This document shows, one piece after another, positions 47,783-62,393 of a DNA stretch of 64,000 nt. How positions within the stretch are numbered: the stretch's first letter is position 1; each line of letters opens with the position of its first letter. This stretch comes from the human T2T-CHM13v2.0 reference genome, Homo sapiens. The translations under genes were made by a program, and so were the position numbers. The notes below the pieces were generated by a model. That model worked only from the letters and a program-made list of their open reading frames with translations, had not been told where the DNA came from and ran no database searches. Location: assembly GCF_009914755.1 (NCBI RefSeq), contig NC_060939.1; one strand, written 5' to 3'.

Positions 47783-49931
47783 TTATATATGATATATGTT
47801 ATATGTTATGTAATATGCTTTATATGTAATATATAACCTCATATATATTATATGTCATAATATATAATAGTTATCCTGTGTCATATTATATATATTATAT
47901 ATTTCATAACATATATAATATATAATACATATTATACATCTTATATATGAAAATATGTAATTAGAGATAAAATAACATATAGTTATATATAATATGATAT
48001 ATAACATATATACTATATCATATATGATATATAATATATAATTTTTTATTGCATATTATAATTCATATATATTATAATTTATATAATGATATAATTATTT
48101 ATATAATATAAATAATTATACATGCTTATATAATTATATATAATATAAATAATAATATATATAATTACATATTCATATCGTTATATATAATAATACATTT
48201 CATATGTAATTATATATATCATATAATAGACAACACACCTAATATATAATATATAATATATATTATACAATATAGGATACAAAAGATGTATGATATATAA
48301 GATATCATAATATAATATATATTTTAACATTATGTATGTAACATGTAATATGTGATATATAAAATAAATTATGTAATATAAAAGAATATAATATAATATA
48401 TACTATATTAAGGTATATTATGTAAAGTATGTAATAAAATTATAAGTAACATAATATATAGTTATATATATTATCTTATGTATTTACATAGAGTATTATA
48501 CAGTTATATATAATTTTAAATTGTTATATATAATTTAATATAAAACAAATATACTATATATCATAACATATATATTGTATACCATATATATATTATGTAT
48601 CATATATTGTATGTTATATATTATATATTCTATATCATATATCATATATTATATGTTATATATATCACATTCCACATTTTGTATATTATAAATTATATAC
48701 AATATATGACATGTATTATATTATATATAATAAATTATACATTATATGTAACATAGTATATATTATATGTAACATGTATATTCTATGTAAAATATATAAT
48801 ATATAACATATTACATATAATTAATAACATAGACATATAATATATATTTAACATATGTACTATATATACAACGTATTATACATATACTATATAATATATA
48901 TTATATATATGGCATAAAATATAATATATATTATATGTCATATTTTATATATACAATTATATATTATTATATGTTATTTTATATTATCTATAACATAGAT
49001 ATAATATATATACCTATAATGTATATTACATATAACGTAGATATTATATATAATATATATAATGTATATTATATATAACGTAGATATTATATATAATATA
49101 TATAATGTATATTATATATTTAATACGTATATTAACCATATAATATATTCTATATATGATATATAATATATATTATATATGTCATAAAATATAATATATA
49201 TTATATGTCATTGTATAAATATAATACTTATATATTATCAATTATTATATTACATTTAATATATATAATATAAGATGCAGGATGTGAAACAATATTATAT
49301 ATATGTTATTTATATTATATATATGATACTATATATTATTGTATACATAATGTGTATATATATTTGTGGGTGCCCTATTTCCCATCTCATAACTTGTTTT
49401 AAGAAGCGCAGCATAATAATGTGTGGGCTTGGGATTCAGTTTTTGAAACAAAACACTGAGCCTTCAATGACCTTTCGGTCTATGTAGAAGCGCTCCTGTC
49501 TTCGTGGCAGCAGTTGGACCTCACAATGTGGATTGTGCCGTCACCCTGCAATGTTTATGCCCTATCGCCATGGTGACGGGATTAGGGATCTCCTGCTCTT
49601 GGTCCTAAAGGCCACTGTCTGTGCTGTGTTTTTCAAAGGTCAGCACAGAGTGAACCTTTGTGGTTTTATTTTCCCTGAGTTTGATTTTTCTCATGGGGAA
49701 CCTGTGGTGCTGCTTTGAAGGTATATTCATACTGGCCTTTCAAATGCCAACTCTTCAAATTACTAGTTAATGCTTTCAAAGTATGTTATTTCAAAAATTA
49801 TCCTCCGTATTTTCCATATGCAGTTATAAATATGTTTCATGGTTATGTTTCATTCCTCAGTTTATATATTTGATTATTGTACCAAGCAGAGTACCTTTGA
49901 AATTTTTTTTCATCTAAAAAATATGTAAATT

Positions 49932-50222
49932 AGCTCAGGCCTGTAATCCCAGCAAATTTGGAGGCCAAGGCAAGGGGATCACAAGGTAAAGAGATCAAGA
50001 CCATCCTGGCCAATACAGTGAAACGCTGTCACTACTAAAAATCCAAAAAATTAGCTAGGCATTGTGGCAGCTGGTGTAGTCCCAGTGTGGTGTAGTCCAA
50101 GCTACCTGGGAGGCTGAGGGAGGGCAATCGCTTGAACCCGTGAGGCAGATGTTGCAGTGAGCAAATTTGGTGCCATTGTACTCCACCCTGTGCAACAGGA
50201 CAACACTCTGTCTAAAAAAAAA
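49932..50222 (+). mobile_element. Alu relic in monomer U21
   Basis: Same Alu at the same monomer offset. Confidence 0.92.
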
Positions 50223-52367
50223 TTATATATGATATATGTTATATGTTATGTAATATGCTTTATATGTAATATATAACCTCATATATATTATATGTCATAA
50301 TATATAATAGTTATCCTGTGTCATATTATATATATTATATATTTCATAACATATATAATATATAATACATATTATACATCTTATATATGAAAATATGTAA
50401 TTAGAGATAAAATAACATATAGTTATATATAATATGATATATAACATATATACTATATCATATATGATATATAATATATTTTTATTGCATATTATAATTC
50501 ATATATATTATAATTTATATAATGATATAATTATTTATATAATATAAATAATTATACATGATTATATAATTATATATAATATAAATAATAATATATATAA
50601 TTACATATTCATATCGTTATATATAATAATACATTTCATATGTAATTATATATATCATATAATAGACAACACACCTAATATATAATATATAATATATATT
50701 ATACAATATAGGATACATAATATGTATGATATATAAGATATCATAATATAATATATATTTTAACATTATGTATGTAACATGTAATATGTGATATATAAAA
50801 TAAATTATGTAATATAAAATAATATAATATAATATATACTATATTAAGGTATATTATGTAAAGTATGTAATAAAATTATAAGTAACATAATATATAGTTG
50901 TATATATTATCTTATGTATTTACATAGAGTATTATACAGTTATATATAATTTTAAATTGTTATATATAATTTAATATAAAACAAATATAATATATATCAT
51001 AACATATATATTGTATACCATATATATATTATGTATCATATATTGTATGTTATATATTATATATTCTATATCATATATCATATATTATGTGTTATATGTA
51101 TCACATTCCACATTTTGTATATTATAAATTATATAAAATATATGACATGTATTATATTATATATAATAAATTATACATTATATGTAACATAGCATATATT
51201 ATATGTAACATGTATATTCTATGTAAAATATATAATATATAACATATTACATATAATTAATAACATAGACATATAATATATATTTAACATATGTACTATA
51301 TATACAACGTATTATACATATACTATATAATATATATTATATATATGGCATAAAATATAATATATATTATATGTCATATTTTATATATACAATTATATAT
51401 TATTATATGTTATTTTATATTATCTATAACATAGATATAATATATATACCTATAATGTATATTACATATAACGTAGATATTATATATAATATATATAATG
51501 TATATTATATATAACGTAGATATTATATATAATATATATAATGTATATTATATATTTAATACGTATACTAACCATATAATATATTCTATATATGATATAT
51601 AATATATATTATATATGTCATAAAATATAATATATATTATATGTCATTGTATAAATATAATACTTATATATTATCAATTATTATATTACATTTAATATAT
51701 ATAATATAAGATGCAGGATGTGAAACAATATTATATATATGTTATTTATATTATATATATGATACTATATATTATTGTATACATAATGTGTATATATATT
51801 TGTGGGTGCCCTATTTCCCATCTCATAACTTGTTTTAAGAAGCGCAGCATAATAATGTGTGGGCTTGGGATTCAGTTTTTGAAACAAAACACTGAGCCTT
51901 CAATGACCTTTCGGTCTATGTAGAAGCGCTCCTGTCTTCGTGGCAGCAGTTGGACCTCACAATGTGGATTGTGCCGTCACCCTGCAATGTTTATGCCCTA
52001 TCGCCATGGTGACGGGATTAGGGATCTCCTGCTCTTGGTCCTAAAGGCCACTGTCTGTGCTGTGTTTTTCAAAGGTCAGCACAGAGTGAACCTTTGTGGT
52101 TTTATTTTCCCTGAGTTTGATTTTTCTCATGGGGAACCTGTGGTGCTGCTTTGAAGGTATATTCATACTGGCCTTTCAAATGCCAACTCTTCAAATTACT
52201 AGTTAATGCTTTCAAAGTATGTTATTTCAAAAATTATCCTCCGTATTTTCCATATGCAGTTATAAATATGTTTCATGGTTATGTTTCATTCCTCAGTTTA
52301 TATATTTGATTATTGTACCAAGCAGAGTACCTTTGAAATTTTTTTTCATCTAAAAAATATGTAAATT

Positions 52368-52658
52368 AGCTCAGGCCTGTAATCCCAGCAAATTTGGAGG
52401 CCAAGGCAAGGGGATCACAAGGTAAAGAGATCAAGACCATCCTGGCCAATACAGTGAAACGTTGTCACTACTAAAAATCCAAAAAATTAGCTAGGCATTG
52501 TGGCAGCTGGTGTAGTCCCAGTGTGGTGTAGTCCAAGCTACCTGGGAGGCTGAGGGAGGGCAATCGCTTGAACCCGTGAGGCAGATGTTGCAGTGAGCAA
52601 ATTTGGTGCCATTGTACTCCACCCTGTGCAACAGGACAACACTCTGTCTAAAAAAAAA
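52368..52658 (+). mobile_element. Alu relic in monomer U22
   Basis: Same Alu; private C>T at ~52462 (AAACGTTGTC). Confidence 0.92.
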
Positions 52659-54803
52659 TTATATATGATATATGTTATATGTTATGTAATATGCTTTATA
52701 TGTAATATATAACCTCATATATATTATATGTCATAATATATAATATTTATCCTGTGTCATATTATATATATTATATATTTCATAACATATATAATATATA
52801 ATACATATTATACATCTTATATATGAAAATATGTAATTAGAGATAAAATAACATATAGTTATATATAATATGATATATAACATATATACTATATCATATA
52901 TGATATATAATATATTTTTATTACATATTATAATTCATATATATTATAATTTATATAATGATATAATTATTTATATAATATAAATAATTATACATAATTA
53001 TATAATTATATATAATATAAATAATAATATATATAATTACATATTCATATCGTTATATATAATAATACATTTCATATGTAATTATATATATCATATAATA
53101 GACAACACACCTAATATATAATATATAATATATATTATACAATATAGGATACATAATATGTATGATATATAAGATATCATAATATAATATATATTTTAAC
53201 ATTATGTATGTAACATGTAATATGTGATATATAAAATAAATTATGTAATATAAAATAATATAATATAATATATACTATATTAAGGTATATTATGTAAAGT
53301 ATGTAATAAAATTATAAGTAACATAATATATAGTTGTATATATTATCTTATGTATTTACATAGAGTATTATACAGTTATATATAATTTTAAATTGTTATA
53401 TATAATTTAATATAAAACAAATATAATATATATCATAACATATATATTGTATACCATATATATATTATGTATCATATATTGTATGTTATATATTATATAT
53501 TCTATATCATATATCATATATTATGTGTTATATGTATCACATTCCACATTTTGTATATTATAAATTATATAAAATATATGACATATATTATATTATATAT
53601 AATAAATTATACATTATATGTAACATAGCATATATTATATGTAACATGTATATTCTATGTAAAATATATAATATATAACATATTACAAATAATTAATAAC
53701 ATAGACATATAATATATATTTAACATATGTACTATATATACAACGTATTATACATATACTATATAATATATATTATATATATGGCATAAAATATAATATA
53801 TATTATATGTCATATTTTATATATACAATTATATATTATTATATGTTATTTTATATTATCTATAACATAGATATAATATATATACCTATAATGTATATTA
53901 CATATAACGTAGATATTATATATAATATATATAATGTATATTATATATAACGTAGATATTATATATAATATATATAATGTATATTATATATTTAATACGT
54001 ATATTAACCATATAATATATTCTATATATGATATATAATATATATTATATATGTCATAAAATATAATATATATTATATGTCATTGTATAAATATAATACT
54101 TATATATTATCAATTATTATATTACATTTAATATATATAATATAAGATGCAGGATGTGAAACAATATTATATCTATGTTATTTATATTATATATATGATA
54201 CTATATATTATTGTATACATAATGTGTATATATATTTGTGGGTGCCCTATTTCCCATCTCATAACTTGTTTTAAGAAGCGCAGCATAATAATGTGTGGGC
54301 TTGGGATTCAGTTTTTGAAACAAAACACTGAGCCTTCAATGACCTTTCGGTCTATGTAGAAGCGCTCCTGTCTTCGTGGCAGCAGTTGGACCTCACAATG
54401 TGGATTGTGCCGTCACCCTGCAATGTTTATGCCCTATCGCCATGGTGACGGGATTAGGGATCTCCTGCTCTTGGTCCTAAAGGCCACTGTCTGTGCTGTG
54501 TTTTTCAAAGGTCAGCACAGAGTGAACCTTTGTGGTTTTATTTTCCCTGAGTTTGATTTTTCTCATGGGGAAACTGTGTTGCTGCTTTGAAGGTATATTC
54601 ATACTGGCCTTTCAAATGCCAACTCTTCAAATTACTAGTTAATGCTTTCAAAGTATGTTATTTCAAAAATTATCCTCCGTATTTTCCATATGCAGTTATA
54701 AATATGTTTCATGGTTATGTTTCATTCCTCAGTTTATATATTTGATTATTGTACCAAGCAGAGTACCTTTGAAATTTTTTTTCATCTAAAAAATATGTAA
54801 ATT

Positions 54804-55093
54804 AGCTCAGGCCTGTAATCCCAGCAAATTTGGAGGCCAAGGCAAGGGGATCACAAGGTAAAGAGATCAAGACCATCCTGGCCAATACAGTGAAACGCTG
54901 TCACTACTAAAAATCCAAAAAATTAGCTAGGCATTGTGGCAGCTGGTGTAGCCCAGTGTGGTGTAGTCCAAGCTACCTGGGAGGCTGAGGGAGGGCAATC
55001 GCTTGAACCCGTGAGGCAGATGTTGCAGTGAGCAAATTTGGTGCCATTGTACTCCACCCTGTGCAACAGGACAACACTCTGTCTAAAAAAAAA
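54804..55093 (+). mobile_element. Alu relic in monomer U23
   Basis: Same Alu; private 1 bp deletion at ~54951 (GTAGCCCAG). Confidence 0.92.
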
Positions 55094-57236
55094 TTATATA
55101 TGATATATGTTATATGTTATGTAATATGCTTTATATGTAATATATAACCTCATATATATTATATGTCAAAATATATAATATTTATCCTGTGTCATATTAT
55201 ATATATTATATATTTCATAACATATATAATATATAATACATATTATACATCTTATATATGAAAATATGTAATTAGAGATAAAATAACATATAGTTATATA
55301 TAATATGATATATAACATATATACTATATCATATATGATATATAATATATTTTTATTACATATTATAATTCATATATATTATAATTTATATAATGATATA
55401 ATTATTTATATAATATAAATAATTATACATAATTATATAATTATATATAATATAAATAATAATATATATAATTACATATTCATATCGTTATATATAATAA
55501 TACATTTCATATGTAATTATATATATCATATAATAGACAACACACCTAATATATAATATATAATATATATTATACAATATAGGATACATAATATGTATGA
55601 TATATAAGATATCATAATATAATATATATTTTAACATTATGTATGTAACATGTAATATGTGATATATAAAATAAATTATGTAATATAAAATAATATAATA
55701 TAATATATACTATATTAAGGTATATTATGTAAAGTATGTAATAAAATTATAAGTAACATAATATATAGTTATATATATTATCTTATGTATTTACATAGAG
55801 TATTATACAGTTATATATAATTTTAAATTGTTATATATAATTTAATATAAAACAAATATAATATACATCATAAAATATATATTGTATACCATATATATTA
55901 TGTATCATATATTGTATGTTATATATCATATATTGTATATCATATATCATATATTATATGTTATATGTATCACATTCCACATTTTGTATATTATAAATTA
56001 TATACAATATATGACATATATTATATTATATATAATAAATTATACATTATATGTAACATAGTATATATTATATGTAACATGTATATTCTATGTAAAATAT
56101 ATAATATATAACATATTACATATAATTAATAACATAGACATATAATATATATTTAACATATGTACTATATATACAACGTATTATACATATACTATATAAT
56201 ATATATTATATATATGGCATAAAATATAATATATATTATATGTCATATTTTATATATACAATTATATATTATTATATGTTATTTTATATTATCTATAACA
56301 TAGATATAATATATATACCTATAATGTATATTACATATAATGTAGATATTATATATAATATATATAATGTATATTATATATAACGTAGATATTATATATA
56401 ATGTATATAATGTATATTATATATTTAATACGTATACTAACCATATAATATATTCTATATATGATATATAATATATATTATATATGTCATAAAATATAAT
56501 ATATATTATATGTCATTGTATAAATATAATACTTATATATTATCAATTATTATATTACATTTAATATATATAATATAAGATGCAGGATGTGAAACAATAT
56601 TATATATATGTTATTTATATTATATATATGATACTATATATTATTGTATACATAATGTGTATATATATTTGTGGGTGCCCTATTTCCCATCTCATAACTT
56701 GTTTTAAGAAGCGCAGCATAATAATGTGTGGGCTTGGGATTCAGTTTTTGAAACAAAACACTGAGCCTTCAATGACCTTTCGGTCTATGTAGAAGCGCTC
56801 CTGTCTTCGTGGCAGCAGTTGGACCTCACAATGTGGATTGTGCCGTCACCCTGCAATGTTTATGCCCTATCGCCATGGTGACGGGATTAGGGATCTCCTG
56901 CTCTTGGTCCTAAAGGCCACTGTCTGTGCTGTGTTTTTCAAAGGTCAGCACAGAGTGAACCTTTGTGGTTTTATTTTCCCTGAGTTTGATTTTTCTCATG
57001 GGGAACCTGTGGTGCTGCTTTGAAGGTATATTCATACTGGCCTTTCAAATGCCAACTCTTCAAATTACTAGTTAATGCTTTCAAAGTATGTTATTTCAAA
57101 AATTATCCTCCGTATTTTCCATATGCAGTTATAAATATGTTTCATGGTTATGTTTCATTCCTCAGTTTATATATTTGATTATTGTACCAAGCAGAGTACC
57201 TTTGAAATTTTTTTTCATCTAAAAAATATGTAAATT

Positions 57237-57527
57237 AGCTCAGGCCTGTAATCCCAGCAAATTTGGAGGCCAAGGCAAGGGGATCACAAGGTAAAGAGAT
57301 CAAGACCATCCTGGCCAATACAGTGAAACGCTGTCACTACTAAAAATCCAAAAAATTAGCTAGGCATTGTGGCAGCTGGTGTAGTCCCAGTGTGGTGTAG
57401 TCCAAGCTACCTGGGAGGCTGAGGGAGGGCAATCGCTTGAACCCGTGAGGCAGATGTTGCAGTGAGCAAATTTGGTGCCATTGTACTCCACCCTGTGCAA
57501 CAGGACAACACTCTGTCTAAAAAAAAA
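57237..57527 (+). mobile_element. Alu relic in monomer U24
   Basis: Same Alu at the same monomer offset. Confidence 0.92.
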
Positions 57528-59669
57528 TTATATATGATATATGTTATATGTTATGTAATATGCTTTATATGTAATATATAAACTCATATATATTATATGT
57601 CATAATATATAATAGTTATCCTGTGTCATATTATATATATTATATATTTCATAACATATATAATATATAATACATATTATACATCTTATATATGAAAATA
57701 TGTAATTAGAGATAAAATAACATATAGTTATATATAATATGATATATAACATATATACTATATCATATATGATATATAATATATAATTTTTTATTGCATA
57801 TTATAATTCATATATATTATAATTTATATAATGATATAATTATTTATATAATATAAATAATTATACATGCTTATATAATTATATATAATATAAATAATAA
57901 TATATATAATTACATATTCATATCGTTATATATAATAATACATTTCATATGTAATTATATATATCATATAATAGACAACACACCTAATATATAATATATA
58001 ATATATATTATACAATATAGGATACAAAAGATGTATGATATATAAGATATCATAATATAATATATATTTTAACATTATGTATGTAACATGTAATATGTGA
58101 TATATAAAATAAATTATGTAATATAAAATAATATAATATAATATATACTATATTAAGGTATATTATGTAAAGTATGTAATAAAATTATAAGTAACATAAT
58201 ATATAGTTATATATATTATCTTATGTATTTACATAGAGTATTATACAGTTATATATAATTTTAAATTGTTATATATAATTTAATATAAAACAAATATAAT
58301 ATACATCATAACATATATATTGTATACCATATATATATTATGTATCATATATTGTATGTTATATATCATATATTGTATATCATATATTATATGTTATATG
58401 TATCACATTCCACATTTTGTATATTATAAATTATATACAATATATGACATATATTATATTATATATAATAAATTATACATTATATGTAACATAGTATATA
58501 TTATATGTAACATGTATATTCTATGTAAAATATATAATATATAACATATTACATATAATTAATAACATAGACATATAATATATATTTAACATATGTACTA
58601 TATATACAACGTATTATACATATACTATATAATATATATTATATATATGGCATAAAATATAATATATATTATATGTCATATTTTATATATACAATTATAT
58701 ATTATTATATGTTATTTTATATTATCTATAACATAGATATAATATATGTACCTATAATGTATATTACATATAACGTAGATATTATATATAATATATATAA
58801 TGTATATTATATATAACGTAGATATTATATATAATATATATAATGTATATTATATATTTAATACGTATATTAACCATATAATATATTCTATATATGATAT
58901 ATAATATATATTATATATGTCATAAAACATAATATATAATATATGTCATTGTATAAATATAATACTTATATATTATCAATTATTATATTACATTTAATAT
59001 ATATAATATAAGATGCAGGATGTGAGACAATATTATATATATGTTATTTATATTATATATATGATACTATATATTATTGTATACATAATGTGTATATATA
59101 TTTGTGGGTGCCCTATTTCCCATCTCATAACTTGTTTTAAGAAGCGCAGCATAATAATGTGTGGGCTTGGGATTCAGTTTTTGAAACAAAACACTGAGCC
59201 TTCAATGACCTTTCGGTCTATGTAGAAGCGCTCCTGTCTTCGTGGCAGCAGTTGGACCTCACAATGTGGATTGTGCCGTCACCCTGCAATGTTTATGCCC
59301 TATCGCCATGGTGACGGGATTAGGGATCTCCTGCTCTTGGTCCTAAAGGCCACTGTCTGTGCTGTGTTTTTCAAAGGTCAGCACAGAGTGAACCTTTGTG
59401 GTTTTATTTTCCCTGAGTTTGATTTTTCTCATGGGGAACCTGTGGTGCTGCTTTGAAGGTATATTCATACTGGCCTTTCAAATGCCAACTCTTCAAATTA
59501 CTAGTTAATGCTTTCAAAGTATGTTATTTCAAAAATTATCCTCTGTATTTTCCATATGCAGTTATAAATATGTTGCATGGTTATGTTTCATTCCTCAGTT
59601 TATATATTTGATTATTGTACCAAGCAGCGTACCTTTGAAATTTTTTTTCATCTAAAAAATATGTAAATT

Positions 59670-59960
59670 AGCTCAGGCCTGTAATCCCAGCAAATTTGGA
59701 GGCCAAGGCAAGGGGATCACAAGGTAAAGAGATCAAGACCATCCTGGCCAATACAGTGAAACGCTGTCACTACTAAAAATCCAAAAAATTAGCTAGGCAT
59801 TGTGGCAGCTGGTGTAGTCCCAGTGTGGTGTAGTCCAAGCTACCTGGGAGGCTGAGGGAGGGCAATCGCTTGAACCCGTGAGGCAGATGTTGCAGTGAGC
59901 AAATTTGGTGCCATTGTACTCCACCCTGTGCAACAGGACAACACTCTGTCTAAAAAAAAA
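59670..59960 (+). mobile_element. Alu relic in monomer U25
   Basis: Same Alu at the same monomer offset. Confidence 0.92.
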
Positions 59961-62102
59961 TTATATATGATATATGTTATATGTTATGTAATATGCTTTA
60001 TATGTAATATATAACCTCATATATATTATATGTCATAATATATAATAGTTATCCTGTGTCATATTATATATATTATATATTTCATAACATATATAATATA
60101 TAATACATATTATACATCTTATATATGAAAATATGTAATTAGAGATAAAATAACATATAGTTATATATAATATGATATATAACATATATACTATATCATA
60201 TATGATATATAATATATAATTTTTTATTGCATATTATAATTCATATATATTATAATTTATATAATGATATAATTATTTATATAATATAAATAATTATACA
60301 TGATTATATAATTATATATAATATAAATAATAATATATATAATTACATATTCATATCGTTATATATAATAATACATTTCATATGTAATTATATATATCAT
60401 ATAATAGACAACACACCTAATATATAATATATAATATATATTATACAATATAGGATACAAAAGATGTATGATATATAAGATATCATAATATAATATATAT
60501 TTTAACATTATGTATGTAACATGTAATATGTGATATATAAAATAAATTATGTAATATAAAATAATATAATATAATATATACTATATTAAGGTATATTATG
60601 TAAAGTATGTAATAAAATTATAAGTAACATAATATATAGTTATATATATTATCTTATGTATTTACATAGAGTATTATACAGTTATATATAATTTTAAATT
60701 GTTATATATAATTTAATATAAAACAAATATAATATACATCATAACATATATATTGTATACCATATATATATTATGTATCATATATTGTATGTTATATATC
60801 ATATATTGTATATCATATATTATATGTTATATGTATCACATTCCACATTTTGTATATTATAAATTATATACAATATATGACATATATTATATTATATATA
60901 ATAAATTATACATTATATGTAACATAGTATATATTATATGTAACATGTATATTCTATGTAAAATATATGATATATAACATATTACATATAATTAATAACA
61001 TAGACATATAATATATATTTAACATATGTACTATATATACAACGTATTATACATATACTATATAATATATATTATATATATGGCATAAAATATAATATAT
61101 ATTATATGTCATATTTTATATATACAATTATATATTATTATATGTTATTTTATATTATCTATAACATAGATATTATATATATACCTATAATGTATATTAC
61201 ATATAACGTAGATATTATATATAATATATATAATGTATATTATATATAACGTAGATATTATATATAATATATATAATGTATATTATATATTTAATACGTA
61301 TATTAACCATATAATATATTCTATATATGATATATAATGTATATTATATATGTCATAAAACATAATATATAATATATGTCATTGTATAAATATAATACTT
61401 ATATATTATCAATTATTATATTACATTTAATATATATAATATAAGATGCAGGATGTGAGACAATATTATATATATGTTATTTATATTATATATATGATAC
61501 TATATATTATTGTATACATAATGTGTATATATATTTGTGGGTGCCCTATTTCCCATCTCATAACTTGTTTTAAGAAGCGCAGCATAATAATGTGTGGGCT
61601 TGGGATTCAGTTTTTGAAACAAAACACTGAGCCTTCAATGACCTTTCGGTCTATGTAGAAGCGCTCCTGTCTTCGTGGCAGCAGTTGGACCTCACAATGT
61701 GGATTGTGCCGTCACCCTGCAATGTTTATGCCCTATCGCCATGGTGACGGGATTAGGGATCTCCTGCTCTTGGTCCTAAAGGCCACTGTCTGTGCTGTGT
61801 TTTTCAAAGGTCAGCACAGAGTGAACCTTTGTGGTTTTATTTTCCCTGAGTTTGATTTTTCTCATGGGGAACCTGTGGTGCTGCTTTGAAGGTATATTCA
61901 TACTGGCCTTTCAAATGCCAACTCTTCAAATTACTAGTTAATGCTTTCAAAGTATGTTATTTCAAAAATTATCCTCCGTATTTTCCATATGCAGTTATAA
62001 ATATGTTTCATGGTTATGTTTCATTCCTCAGTTTATATATTTGATTATTGTACCAAGCAGAGTACCTTTGAAATTTTTTTTCATCTAAAAAATATGTAAA
62101 TT

Positions 62103-62393
62103 AGCTCAGGCCTGTAATCCCAGCAAATTTGGAGGCCAAGGCAAGGGGATCACAAGGTAAAGAGATCAAGACCATCCTGGCCAATACAGTGAAACGCTGT
62201 CACTACTAAAAATCCAAAAAATTAGCTAGGCATTGTGGCAGCTGGTGTAGTCCCAGTGTGGTGTAGTCCAAGCTACCTGGGAGGCTGAGGGAGGGCAATC
62301 GCTTGAACCCGTGAGGCAGATGTTGCAGTGAGCAAATTTGGTGCCATTGTACTCCACCCTGTGCAACAGGACAACACTCTGTCTAAAAAAAAA
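62103..62393 (+). mobile_element. Alu relic in monomer U26
   Basis: Same Alu at the same monomer offset. Confidence 0.92.
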
